This document shows positions 49,942 to 64,000 of a DNA stretch of 64,000 nt, in pieces; positions within the stretch are counted from its first letter, which is position 1; the number at the start of each line of letters is the position of its first letter. The notes beneath the pieces are model-generated. The model saw only the letters and a program-made list of their open reading frames with translations. It did no database searches and was not told the origin of the DNA. The translations under genes and the position numbers were made by a program. Source of the stretch: Octopus sinensis (Eukaryota); the NCBI RefSeq assembly GCF_006345805.1, contig NC_042999.1:153574001-153638000 (forward strand), read 5' to 3'.

Positions 49942-52668
49942 TACTACTATTATTATTATTATCATTATTATTATTATTATCATTATTATTATTTATGTCT
50001 TTTCCGAAATGTCTTTGTCAATATTTATTAGAATACAATGTTATAAAACATCAGATCTTCAAATGAAATCCCGAAACGAAATAAAAGACATAAAATTTTA
50101 AAATATGTTTTGTAAAACCAAACATAAAAGTTCAGTTTCTTTCTAACAAAAAATAGCACACGCTTACTCATACATACACACGTACACATTCATTCACATA
50201 CACATACACACAGCTAGGAACCCATATACAGATATACACGTACACGCATGCGAACATAAATATGGAAGCGCAAACGCATACTGACACAGATACGTGAACA
50301 CATATACATACATACACACACGAACATACACATACCCATATAGAAACACATTCACACATATGCTCATACACACGTACAAACATACATACAAGCACAAGTA
50401 CTTATACAAATGCACACATACATACAGACAAACGCATACAGACGCACATACACATACACTCACTCAGACACACACATACATACGTGCACATACACACATG
50501 CACACATATACGCATAAAAAATCCGCCATTTTGTTTCTGACCGTTTCATGTTTGCATTCTCCTGTTTGAAAATCTAATTATTTTCTTTAATTAATTGATT
50601 TCTTTATTGATTCATTATATTAATATCTATATTTGGTGGTTATCGAGCAAAATTGATCTTAATCCATTCAATCCAATACAATTTTTTCTCCTTTTTCTTA
50701 AAAAAATATATACTTTGTTTTTATTTCTCACTGTATTTTGCAGACGAGTTTTAACCAATCAATGTCTTTTTAGTCAAATATCGAACTAAGACAGATATTT
50801 ATTTTTTTATCGTCTTCCGGTTTCAGTTATTACACTGCGGCCATGCTGGAGCACTACCTTAAAGAATTTTAGCCGAACGAATCGCCCCTAGTATTACTTT
50901 TAAGCCTGATGGTTATTCTATCAGTTTCTTTTGTCGAACCGCTAAGTTACTGGGACGTAAACACACCAACAACGATTGTCAAGCGATGGGGAGGGGGAAA
51001 ACACATACACAAAGACACACACACATTTATATGCACGACGAGCTTCTTTCAGTTTCCGCCTTCTTCTAAGGCTTTGGTCGACCCGAGGCTATTGTAGAAA
51101 ATACTTGCCGAATGTGTTACGCAGGGGGAGCGAAACCAGAATCATATAATTGTGAAGAAAACTTCCTGTATTTGATATTAAAAAATATCGATTAAAAGAA
51201 TCCAGTGAACTTGCCGTGAGGAATGGTAAATCCAAGATATCAGACAGACCTTTCTGAAGGGAAAGTTGACTAAAGAGCAATTAATAAGAAACGGCAGAGT
51301 TTTACATCCTCTCATAGTTTCTCTCCTGTCAAATTTCCCTAGAAGAAGGACATTGTTCGAAACGTTGGATTTTCTACTCCCGCACGACAGTTTGACTATA
51401 CACGTTTTATCGATTACACTGAATAGTGCATGTCTTGCGAACGCAGACCTACACCAACCCCTATGGAATCTGTTTGATCATATCTTTACCCAATGCTGGT
51501 TAAAGCCACGGTTTAGTAACAGTCATATCTTGCCATCGGCCGATTAACTGGTCTATCAGTATCGAGACACCACTTTGTGCATCCTTATAAAACCCTCTAG
51601 AACGACTTTTAAAGAAGTATATAAATAAACGGATTTCGGGGCCAACTCTTTGCAGAGTGTCGAGGGCGACTGGGCGAAATTCACCTTCACTCTTGGGGCA
51701 GCTCCTTGATGGGTTTAGTCTCACAAATCGACTCCAGGATTTATTTTTATTGCAGAACCGTTGAGTTACAGGGCTACATAGAACCTCGGGGACCACAGGG
51801 ACCGATACTGACTACATTGCTAATACCTTGGTTTCGACAAATAGAGATTACTCGCTTAAGGAAGCAACGATCAAAGTTCATTGAACGTCATGATCAATGG
51901 GCTTTACTAGGTAGCTACAAAAAGATCGATCCAGTGTGTTAAGTGTTTATGTGTGACAGAAGACTCTTGGGTCTATGATCGCTGACATCCGTAGAAATGG
52001 TACATGAAACAACAGAAAAAATTCTTTGAGAATTTGACGTCAGAGATTGATCTAATACTGCAATTTCTTTTCTAAGGATACCATAAAAGTATTGTTGAAT
52101 AAATACATTTTTAACTTTTCAACGGAAGCCCCAAAAATTTGATCTCCGAAGAAACATGTCACGATATTGAATTGACGACAACCTGATCTGCCCTCGAAGT
52201 ATATAAGATAAATAGAAAGAACCTTTAACACACCTACACTTACATGCAATGTAAACATCTATGTCGTAATGGCTATTGATGAATCTGAGAGAAAGGTCGC
52301 CTGCTATATTTATCATACGTCCATTTTGAAAGAAGAAGAAAATAAATTATGCGGTTTCTTGCTTCGGAATCAAAAATAATAGACGTGGCTTAACCTATTT
52401 CCTTGTAGTAATCTGGTTTTCTATTCAATATCGCTTACTGTGATGAATATAGATTTCTTATGAGCAAAAATATGGAAACAAAATTGTTTATTGTAGGAAA
52501 TGTTCTGTCCGCAGCTTCGGAGATTTCGTTATCAAATAGTGAAGATTATATGGGATGTGTTTCGTCGACACCTTAATACAATGTATTTTACACGAATTTA
52601 GAAACGTATATTTGTATTGGTGGGTGTGTACGCATATATTCATATTCATATATATGTGTTTGTGTATG

Positions 52669-52701
<33 letters not shown>

Positions 52702-53220
52702 AATATACACACACACATATTTATATATATATACATGTGTGAATGTGAGTGCGTGTGTATGTATGTATTTATGTATATATGTATATGTGTGTGTGTTTAT
52801 GCTTGTATATGCATATGTATACGTAGTCATATATATATATATATACATCTATCTATATATCTATTTAACCATCTATCTATTCATCTACCTACCTGTATAT
52901 ATATATATATATATATATATATTCTCATACATACACACACACACTCATATATACATATATATATTATATACACACGTTCCTGCATATTGTTTATTTCTCT
53001 GTCTTTTTGGGGGGCAATCTTGGACAAATACACAAGTTTGGATATATTTAACACACATACACACATATATATGCTTACATATGCATGTGTATTCACAAAA
53101 GCATGCACACAAACAACGGACACATACAAACATGTATATGTGTTTGTATATACGTACTTATGTGCATAGAAGTTTGCGCATGTAAGTACGTATCACTTTG
53201 CTTTCCTGTTTATATATATA

Positions 53221-53255
<35 letters not shown>

Positions 53256-53314
53256 GTATATATATAATATATATATATATATATAGATATATATATATAT
53301 ATATATACATATAC

Positions 53315-53382
<68 letters not shown>

Positions 53383-53829
53383 TTATATATATCTTGCCTA
53401 AACCTCACGTATATTGATAAACTACAAACAATACCCGAAATAAAATTAAAGAAAAAGAGCCTAAAAAACAAATGCATATTTCCAATAAACCAATTTTCCC
53501 AAGAAGCATCAGTGGAGATCGTGATGCTTTCAAAACAGATAGAGATAATGTTGGCAAAACACTGGAACTCAAACAGAATCCGTGTAATGTTTCGGAAGAA
53601 GAGCTAACAGCTAACTCGACATTCCCTCGCTGTTTGGTGTTCATTTTTTTTTTTCTTTTACGTCTAATGTCAGGAGAAAAATAATACTATTACATAAGAC
53701 GCAGTTTGATTGGCTGGCTGTATCGAACACAGAGTAATCGAAGGTGAAGGTGGATGTTGAAAACACAGGAACAGAGATGATTGGGAATTAGAAGATAATA
53801 ACGATGCGTGTAAATATATATATATATAT

Positions 53830-53869
<40 letters not shown>

Positions 53870-54189
53870 GTACTTATGTAATATATATATTTATGTATGC
53901 ACGTATATGCATGTATGAATATATGGATGTATTTAGGTAGTATATCCATATATACATGCGTGTATCTATGTATGTAGTCATAACTGTTTATAAATACGTA
54001 CGCACTAACGCTTATATAAGCACATACCTACATATATATACATAATTCATGTACATATGTACATGAGTATTATGCATGTTTTAAGGCATGTGTATATATA
54101 TGTAATCATACATATAAGTATATATGCATGTATATTGTGTGCATATGTGTATGAATATATAGATTGATAAATACACACGCACGATATAT

Positions 54190-54252
<63 letters not shown>

Positions 54253-54374
54253 CCAAATTAGGTTAGCTAAAATATGTTTGTCACACATTTCAACTGCTAA
54301 AGGCAAATACACTGACAAACATATTTCTGCTAAACTTTGTGATTATACGTAAATACTGCTTAGCGCATTTACTC

Positions 54375-54436
<62 letters not shown>

Positions 54437-54653
54437 AGAGTTACGAAAAAACACAAAAGACGAAGACAGGTGGTGTACAAAACAAACAGATGTATTAGTA
54501 TAACGCTCAGAAATAGAAAAAGTCTTTTACGTTTCGAGCCTACGCTCTTCTACAGAAAGGAACACAGAAAAAAACAAGGAGAGGAAAAATGTGTGTAGTG
54601 GCTACACACACACACACACACACACAAATACACACACGAACACACACACACAC

Positions 54654-54698
<45 letters not shown>

Positions 54699-55671
54699 TA
54701 GAGGAATTATTTTACCAATTGTCCTGTTTATGTTAGATACCATATATATATATATATATGATTCGGGCATGTACGTTACAATGTTACAAGTACTCTATTC
54801 TGGCTAACCACATCGTATGATATCGAACAATGGGAAATTGTTCAAGGTAAACAATTACATGATATTTCAGCCGATGGGTAAATCTTGAGTCCGCTTCATT
54901 GGATTTTATATGCTATGCAGAGTGTATATCTAAAACGTTAAAAAAAAAAACAGAATGGAAAAACTTTACATTTACAAACCTTTCATATTACAGTATTATA
55001 TACAATACGTACACTTTAACTCTCTGTCCGACACGTGTTTCTATTGTATAGATATCTTAGAATGTCCGATACGTGTTTCTATTGCATAGATACGTGTATC
55101 TATTGTAAAGATATCTTAGGTATCCGGTTGCATCCTGTTGTTCGATTGTATAATGAGCTCGTTCAACATAAAGTTATTCATGGAGCTATCTTCAAGTTGT
55201 TAGCACTAAGAGACTTTGAAGTGAATTGAAGAGTATATATTAAGTGGGAGATATGTCTTTAGTACTGAGGATACCTCTGCTGTCCTCACAAATCCTAGCA
55301 GATTTAGTTACTTACACCTGTATCATTTGTCGGGTGGTGTCCAACTTTCCTCATATGTGTTGATTTTAAACCACATCTTCTCTAGTTTCCCAGCCTAACT
55401 TCATCCCTCGTATGCCTATATACCTATATATATCTATGCATATATTCATTTGAATGAATGTAGTGTGTGTATGTAGATCGTTAGCCACTACACACATTTT
55501 TTACTCTCCTCGTTTCTCTCGTATTTTCTGTGTCCCTTTCTGTAGAAGAGCTTCGGCTCGAAACGTAAAAGACTTTTTCTATTCCTGAGCGTTATACTAA
55601 TACATCTGTTTGTTTTGTACACCACCTGTCTTCGTCTTTTGTTTTTTTTCGTAAACTCTCCCTACATATAT

Positions 55672-55717
<46 letters not shown>

Positions 55718-56139
55718 CATACATACATACATACATACATACAACATACATACATACATACATACATACATACATACATTGATAGATGGATATGCATATT
55801 TACATACAGAGTATATGTGTGTTTGTATGTATATATGCATACATACATAGATACACACACACACACACATATGTTCTCTGAGGAAAAGGCCTTTTTTCTT
55901 CGAGAGAAGCCATGTCGTATTTTGAGCCTGAAAGATGACAGGATAGTTCACAGCGCGCTATACAAGCTTGTCCGATTATTGTACTATCAGAGCATGAAAC
56001 TTATAGTAGCTCACATTTAAATCCTGTGCTTCTTAATCGATATATATATATATATTATCTTGTTAGAAAGATATAGATGATGTATATCTGTATTTATATG
56101 TTATATATGTGTGTATAAGCATTGTACATGTATATATAT

Positions 56140-56181
<42 letters not shown>

Positions 56182-56769
56182 CACGTATATATGTGTGTGT
56201 TTATTAGTTTGTATAAGTGTGTCCTTGTCTATGTGTGCTGCGTTTGTCTGTCTCCGTGTATATGTAAATACAGAAAGCCACAAATCAAGCATCATCGCAA
56301 AATATGGAGGTTTTATTTCAATACCTGTCGTTTACGCTTAATAAATACATCAAAGAGTAATATCTTCTCCTTTATATAAATGCTAGGAAATTGCAATGCA
56401 GGTCTCTCCTTGATCCTGCGCAGCATTAGTTTATGTGCTTCTATTTATGCAATAAACGATTTATTAGCGATGGTCGACGTTTGTGTGTACAAGTTTAATT
56501 TCATCCATTCTTTGGGTATAATGCACAGATACTTATTTCACAAAAATTCTAGAGTTAGCAGCAAATATGACAGAAGAGATGCCAGGCATTTGGTCTTCTT
56601 CCTGTACCAGAGAAAAATCAATGCAATGCATTTAATGTTTCTGTTTACCAAATTCACCGCCAAAGAAAAGAAACGGCTTATCATTAAACAAGTTATATAA
56701 GATACCGACTTTTTTTTTTAATACACTACTATAAAGTCAATTGTTTTACCCCACTTGAACTCATGCATA

Positions 56770-56806
56770 TATATACATACAACTTAACTATCTATCTATC
56801 TATCTA

Positions 56807-56876
<70 letters not shown>

Positions 56877-56900
56877 ACTAACTATCTATCTATCTATCTC

Positions 56901-56990
<90 letters not shown>
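56770..56990. repeat. (TATC)n tract at the 5' flank of the Tx1 LINE
   Basis: About 220 bp of tatc repeats. Confidence 0.97.
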
Positions 56991-56991
<1 letters not shown>

Positions 56992-59900
56992 CTTTTGATA
57001 GTATTCGTTGACAGATCGACTCGTAAGTTAACTACTTATTTTATTGTGTTTCTCGAAAAGTTTCGTTGTAAATTTTGCACACGGAGTGTGTAAGACACCC
57101 AGCTGTCGTCTGGGTGTATTTTCCGGAGGGGATTATGCCCCCAGGGGCATTTTCAGCCTCAAATATATTTCACAATTTTGGCTGCAATAACTTGTTTTTT
57201 AACATAATGTCGGCGAAGCGTTTCTAGTAAATTACGAACGCTGTTCTCTTTCTTCTCGTTTGTATCCATTGTTTACGTTCCACATTGTCGTAGTGTTGTG
57301 ACTTTCCAAACGCTCAACTTTCGTTTGAGCCTGTGTTAAATATAGAAATCGCCCATAAGGGCATTTTCAATCTATTTTATTTTTTTCTCTTGAAACAAAA
57401 AAATAATAATGTCAAGAAATCTTATAGTGGAAAAATATTCTGCTATGTTTTCTGAAGAAAACTTTCCCAGTTTGCAAAATACAATCGACAAACGCGCTGA
57501 CAGTAAAATGGATAATACTCAAACCACCACCACCACCACGTCATCCACTACCTCAACTACCAACAACAACAACAATGACAACAAGAATAACAACATTGCG
57601 ACACCATTTCGATATCTGCTGCCTCGGCTGTCTCTTCTGCCACTGCACCGACCCCCACCAACAACAAAAACAAAAAAAAGAACAATTATTATAAAATAAT
57701 TAATAAAAAAAAAAAGCCCAGAGAAGGCTACCACAAGCAAAATAGAAAAATGCTTGAAACCCATCTGGAACTACAAAGACTATGTAACCTGGTGGAACAA
57801 GTTCGCCCACATACAAGTGGTTTTCCACACCGAAGAGTTAGCTAGACGTTTCTCAACGCTAACTCTTCATTCAGATGAACTCCAACTTACACCAAGCTAT
57901 CGGGGACAGAAAGTGACTAAGATCACTTTAACAATGTCCCCAAAATAGCTAATAATCTATGGCTTGTAAAGGCCTTATGTGTAAAAATGACAAATTTTAC
58001 TATTTTAGAAACCACGGTCACGGAGCATAAAAACTGGGGGGGAAAAAAGTAGAATTTCTTCTACATATACATCAAGAAGACATTAAAAAAATACCCACCC
58101 AGATATGTGTATCAGACGACCACAAGTTGTATGTGGTCGTCGATGGCAGAAGACCACGTTGCTACATATGCGGCAGTGAGCAACACCTAAAAAAAGACTG
58201 CAAATCTGCCGCAAGAAAACAACAGCAACAACAACAGCAGCCGGAAAAAAAACCGATAAACCAGGTTACTCCACACCACGTTTTGCAGGAACAAACCTCA
58301 CCAACCACAAACCCACCCAACTGCAGCACCAAGAACAGAAGCAACATCACCAACAACAACAACACAGAATAAACCAACTCCCAAACCAAGGACATCTGCC
58401 AAAAAGACACTCAGAGAAAATGAAGAAACAATTACAACTCCAAATCCCCACAAAATTGAGACCCCAAACAACACAACAATACTACAATCACTCAAACACA
58501 AAATACCCACACCCCACCTCCAAAACGCATACACCACAACCAAACGCTCACCAACCAACACCAAAACAAAAATCAACACAGTCGACAATAGACCCCAATA
58601 TTTCCCTCTTCCAGGCTCTGATTCGTCTGATTTGTCATTAGACGAAGAAGACACGGAAGATTGGCAAATAGCCACAGGGGGGGGGGAGAAGAAAAGGGGA
58701 AAAAAAAGAAAAGAAAAAGTAACAAAAAAGCAGGAAGATACACCACTCCCGAAACAAAAACATCCACAGAAAAAAAAACATCAACACAAACACACCATCA
58801 TCAAACCCCCCAACATGTTGACAGTCATAAACACAAACAACCACGACCTAATGGAACACATTAGGTCAACACCAACATAACTGAAACGACATAAAAACAA
58901 GTAACCACCCACACACAACACCACCACAACACATTAAAATAATACACGTAACACAGAACACATACAGCACCCTGAAATCTCTTTACCCTGATGCAGTAGG
59001 GAGATTTCAAAAGTATTCATCGAAAAAACTGTACAAAAGCCTCATAGAAGAAGACCGTGAGGTGAAAGACAAAGGACTTTCGAACAACAAGTAACCTTTT
59101 CTCTCTCTCTTTCCTTTTTTGCACTTTCTTTTCGTGTGTAAAACACAATTTTATCGGAACATGCTCAGAATAGGCAGTATAAATGTACGTGGTTTGGGGT
59201 CGCCTTGGAAACAAGGCTACCTGTTAAATGACATCAAATCACTAAATCTGAATATCATAGCCATCAGTGAGACCAGACTCCACAGCTTGCGGGCACTCCA
59301 GCACATTTTCGGTACACATTTCAACATTTATTTTTCTCCGTGTCTACCGAGAATGGGCGGAGGTGGCACCGCGGTGCTTATCCGGAAGAGTCTGGATCTC
59401 AAAGTAAGAGCAAATTTCCTAGACCCGGAGGGTAGGCTGGTCGTTTTGGATATCGATGGCAGCAATGAGTGAGCTTTTCGACTGATAGCAGTTTATGCTC
59501 CGTCCTTAACAGGCCGACCAGATTTCTTTCGACGTCTAGAGTCTTTCATGGGAACGTCTCGTCCTTTACTTTTAGTGGGGGATTGGAATGCCACCCTGGA
59601 CACGCATCTAGACTACGTGGGCAGAGATAGCAATAGAAGGGGATGCAAATGCCTCAAAGGCCTGCTCAGACGTTTCCAACTGTCTGACAGGTACCGACTG
59701 GACCACCCGAATGTGCCAATGTAGACATGGAGTAACCGCATCGGGTCGTCCAGATCATACTTAGATAGAGTATTCTGTAGGACAATAGATAAAAATAGTG
59801 TAGGTTGTCCACAATTTCATATAGTCAGTTACACAGATCACAAGTTTGTGACTTGTACACTTGACTTAGATAAGACACATAGGCAGGGTCCTGGTTACTG

Positions 59901-62898
59901 GAAACTGAACGCGTCTTTTACAGCACGACAGGTTTACAGGGACCGGATCAGTACATTAGTTAAGAGAGCTTTGACGGGTACCATCATCAACAACAGATGG
60001 TGGTATGCCCTAAAAAAAGCAATTAAAGCAGAATCAGTCAGATACAGTAGAGCCCTAGCATTAGACCGAAATAGAATAGAGGGAGAATTAGTTAAGGTTT
60101 TAGAAGAGGCACTTAGAACTGGCATCGCGTCCAACGTGCTGGCGGCGAGATTGGCCCTCGACCAACACCTCAACGCCAAACACGAGGGATGCGTTGTCAG
60201 AGCTAGGATGCGTGCTCTGAGGAACGAAGGAGTTGGAGCCGCCCAAGAGGCCCGAGTGGTGGAGACGCAACGAGGCAACAGATCCACCATCAAGTCTCTT
60301 ATAGATGAACAGGGGCGCGAATTGCTCGAGCCTAAAAGGATGTGTGGGTCTTTTCAACAACACTTCACACAACTGTTTGGGACAAGTGGTGAGTCAGAAC
60401 GCAGAGTGGACTTTAGTGCCTACCTGCATGCCTTGCCACGACTCTCAGCAAGAGAGGTGGAGTCTTGTGAAAGGCCTATCACAGCTGCGGACGTACAGGA
60501 TGCGATGGTAGGCTGCGCGAGAGACAAGTCACCAGGCTTGGATGGTCTGCCCTACGAACTTTATTTTCATATGCCAGACTTGTTTGGAGGCGTCTTGGCA
60601 GCTGTCTACTGCAACTGGCAGCAGAACGGGAGTATTCCTGCTTTTGTGAAGCGAGGAGCAGTGGCACTGATTAAGAAAGACCCAAACAAGGGTGACGTCA
60701 TAGATAATTTCAGGCCCATCACTCTGCTCAACGCAGATTTGAAAATTTTGGCCAAGGTGTTAGCCGAGAGGTTGGCGCTTGTCATCAAGAAACTAATCGA
60801 CAAGGCGCAAACATGCGCCGTGCCGGGTAGAAGTATTCATGACAACCTCCATCTGATGCGCTACATCATAGACAGGGTAGTTAAAAATCCTGGCATGGGT
60901 GGGGCGCTGATCAATTTGGATCAATCAAAAGCCTTCGATAGGGTAGACCATCACTACTTGGAGGCTGTCCTTAAGCGGCTGGTTTCGGTCCAGTTTTCCG
61001 CGGTTGGATCGCTGCCTTATACAGCGGCATCCGCTCAGTAGTTCGCGTAAATGGTCATCTATCCAGACCTTTTAACATCATGCGTTCGGTTCGTCAGGGA
61101 TGCCCCCTCTCATCGCTGCTGTATGTACTGACTCTTGAGCCACTACTGCGGAAACTGGCGACGCTGAGGGGCATCCCACGAGAGCTGGGATGCGGGAGGA
61201 GCGTGTCTGCATACGCGGATGACGTCACCGTCATAGTGTCGAGCTACGAGCACATCGAGCTGGTCGGCGAGACACTAAAAGAATACGAAGCGGTAACGGG
61301 AGCAAAAATTAACCGGGAAAAGTCAGTGGGCTTGCGGCTCGGCACCTGGAGAAGCAAGCCCATGCCGTCCAACAGCGTCTCCATCGTGGGACGCTGGACG
61401 GACGGGCCGGTTAAATTGCTCGGGGTCTGGTTCGGTCCGGACCTCCAAATGGAGAAGAACTGGGGCGAGATAACGACTAGGGTGGCTACTCTCACCCAGA
61501 AATGGACTAGAGAAAGCTATCCCTAAAAGGTCGGGCGGAGGTGGCGAACGCGTACATCGCATCCGTCATCGAGTATCGTCTGACCGTCGTGCCTTATCCC
61601 GACCCTACCATCACCAAACTGGAACGTATACTCTTCCGGTTCATGTGGAAGGGAAACGTTCCGATGGTTAGGCGATCCATTTGCCGTCAACACCCGCTAA
61701 ATGGAGGGCTGGGCATGCCGTGGTTGATGATGCGCAGACATGCGCTGAGACTGCGACATCTCCGGCGCTTCATAGACAACGGTGAACAGGTGTGGTCGCC
61801 TTTTGTGCGGCGCGCTTTCCCGCAGCTCGTCTCCTTGGACGAACTACAGTCATGGATCAAGCAGAGACCAAGGCTAGGCGAATGGCACCGCGAGTGTCGC
61901 GTTGCTCTCAAGCAACTCTGCCGTCCGGGATCGAACTTGTGCGACTCCATCACAACAAAGGCATTCTATAGAGGATTAGTGGAGGGGAGGTGCGACGACG
62001 AACTCGGGCAGAGTCTGGGCGTCGACGAGGAACACCTGACCCGCCTGTTCAGGACAACTTTCGGGCCGGGACCTATGAACAATCACCAAAGATCCCTGGC
62101 CTGGCAGTGCTATCGAGAAGCATTACCTGTTCGTGATAAGCTCTACAGACACGGTTCCAGACACACTGGACCGACTTGCCCGAGATGCGGTCAGAGCGAC
62201 GAAACCGTTCTGCACGCACTCGTGCAATGTCCAACCATTTCCGACCTGTGGGCTTATGCCGAACGGCTGCTGTCACGTGTGGGACGAATCCGCCTATCGG
62301 CCGGGTCTATCGTGAGAATTGCTCCGCCCCCTTCCCTCAACCGGGAAGGCAAGGCAGTTTCATCGTACTAGTGGCCATGGTGAAAGAATGTGTGTGGTGG
62401 ACTCGAGCGAAAGGATTAGAGACAAACACTTACCTCTCTGGCCAATCGCTCATCAACTTTTTCAAGTACCACTTGAAAAGGAAGGTGAGAATGGAGAGGG
62501 AAGTTTTGTCTCGCGAAAGATTCAAAAAAAGATGGGTGAATGTTGCAAAGATGGTGCGTGCTAGTAACGAAACCATTTTGAGCATGATCCTGTAGATCGT
62601 AAAAAAGAAAGAAAGAGAGCATTTTGATCTCATGTGGTTATTTCCTCCCTGACTGAGGTTCCCGTGGTCTTTTCTGTAGGCTTTTCTTCCCACGGATGAA
62701 CCCAATCTTGTTATATCAATGTTTATATCATTATTTCTGTGATACACGATTTCCTTTTTTTTTCCTTTTTTCCCTCCTCTCGATCCCTTTTGATCGCAAT
62801 CTTACATTTATTTTCTTTTTTTCCACCCTCGAAAAGAAAAGCTCTGCATTTGTATTTGTCCCCTCTGTATTCAGCCCTGTGTGGCTAATAAAAGAAAG
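56991..62898 (+). mobile_element. Full-length, disrupted L1/Tx1-type LINE (ORF1 zinc knuckle; ORF2 APE-RT-CCHC)
   Basis: ORF1 about 57409-59100 with CYICGSEQHLKKDC. ORF2 59161-62595: MLRIGSINVRGL, AISET, VYAP, GDWNA, YLDRV, TDH, GPGYWKLN, FRPITLLNAD.KILAK, QGCPLS, YADD, CPRCG..ET..HALVQC. Stops near 59470 and 59722, frameshifts near 61040, 61525 and 62360. Confidence 0.95.
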
Positions 62899-62982
62899 TT
62901 ATCTATCTATCTTCTATCTATCTATCTATCTATCATCTATCTATCTATCTATCTATCTATATCTATCTATATCTATCTATCA

Positions 62983-63021
<39 letters not shown>

Positions 63022-63036
63022 GATTTACCTACCTAC

Positions 63037-63087
<51 letters not shown>

Positions 63088-63160
63088 CCTATCTATCTGT
63101 CTATCTATCTATCTATCTATCTATCTATCAACAGTCTGTCTGTCTGTCTATCTACTTATT
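62899..63160. repeat. (TATC)n tract at the 3' flank of the Tx1 LINE
   Basis: About 260 bp of tatc/tacc/tgtc repeats beginning right after aataaagaaag. Confidence 0.97.
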
Positions 63161-63570
63161 TAGCACTAATTATTTTTCTATTTATATATTTCTCTCTCTT
63201 TCCATCTCTCTATCTCTAACCCTTTATGTATGTGAGTGTGCTTGAGCGCGTGTATATAATCTTTGGATATAAATAATTTTCAAAGTGCATATCCAAAACA
63301 TGTCAATGCATAAGGAGATTAAGATTAGTACCTATATACGTTTTTTAATTATTATTACAGTAAATTAAACAGTGCATTTTAATTTAAATATGCCCTACAT
63401 GTTTCTACTGCGTGGATATCTCACGATATGGCTTTTCTTTGCATCCAGTTTGTTTTTCTAGTTAAGATTCTATGCAATTCTACCCAAAGTGTTGCACAAT
63501 CTTGTGGTTTGAAGCTAAGAGTGTATGTCTGCATGTGCATATATATATATTATAATATATATATATATAT

Positions 63571-63760
63571 ATTAAATTAGAGATAAAACCACTATTAGGC
63601 AAATCATACAATGAAAAACTTAAGCCAAAAAAAGATAATTAATTATCTTTTTTAATAATTTTGATATATATTTAAATAATATAAATTAATTAATCTTATG
63701 TATTGGCTTAAGTTTTTCATTGTATGATTTGCCTAATAGTGGTTTTATCTCTAATTTAAT
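63571..63760. repeat. Perfect 58-bp inverted repeat with 74-bp AT-rich spacer (MITE-like or fold-back)
   Basis: 63571-63628 equals the reverse complement of 63703-63760; TA repeats on both flanks. Confidence 0.93.
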
Positions 63761-63839
63761 ATAATATAATACTTTACTATAAAATTGGATTCAATCATAA
63801 ATCTGATTTTCCCTGTAAGTTTGGATTTATTCCCTAATA

Positions 63840-63877
<38 letters not shown>

Positions 63878-64000
63878 TATATATATAATATATATATATA
63901 TAGCGCTTTTCACAAGGCTTTGGTCAGCAAAAGGCGACCATGTGGTTGGAAAGCAAACGTCTTACACAGTCGTACCTTTCGTAAATTTTAAACGCCATTT

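Noticed and set aside
51640-51950. ORF 51706-51942 with an apparent acceptor
   Set aside because: The minus strand resembles a diverged SINE tail (gtaactcaacggttctgcaa...cctggagtcgatttg); the peptide is unrecognisable.
53405-53684. Overlapping ORFs on both strands (also 56380-56700, 22499-22708, 8761-8943)
   Set aside because: No recognisable motifs and no consistent splice-site pairs.

Overview
AT-rich, microsatellite-dense metazoan genomic DNA. The repeat content (tRNA-derived SINEs, R4/Dong-like LINEs, long TA/AAT/TATC tracts) looks like a cephalopod, probably Octopus; this is inference, not a database match. One host gene can be assembled by eye on the + strand: a six-exon, 5'-incomplete S1A trypsin-like serine protease (3525-29441, 416 codons plus stop, all GT-AG introns phase-compatible). 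It has an acidic Ser/Thr-rich, heavily N-glycosylatable stalk, an RRKR|VIGG activation site and an intact His/Asp/Ser triad. The rest is mostly mobile DNA: at least four families of restriction-like-endonuclease (REL) LINEs, most copies abutting (AAT)n tracts; a full-length but disrupted L1/Tx1-type LINE inside a (TATC)n tract; an ORF1-only Tx1 relative; a Penelope GIY-YIG fragment; Tc1/mariner relics; a hAT MITE; Helitron pieces; and several SINE families. The most interesting unexplained structures are (i) six minimal type-I hammerhead-ribozyme-like motifs from four unrelated sequence contexts, all with non-canonical cores, (ii) apparent (TATC)n target specificity of the Tx1 LINE, and (iii) a SINE family whose last 42 nt match the 3' end of that Tx1 LINE. 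No CRISPR array, rRNA or bona fide tRNA gene was found. Most ORFs in the supplied track are microsatellite artefacts or TE fragments.
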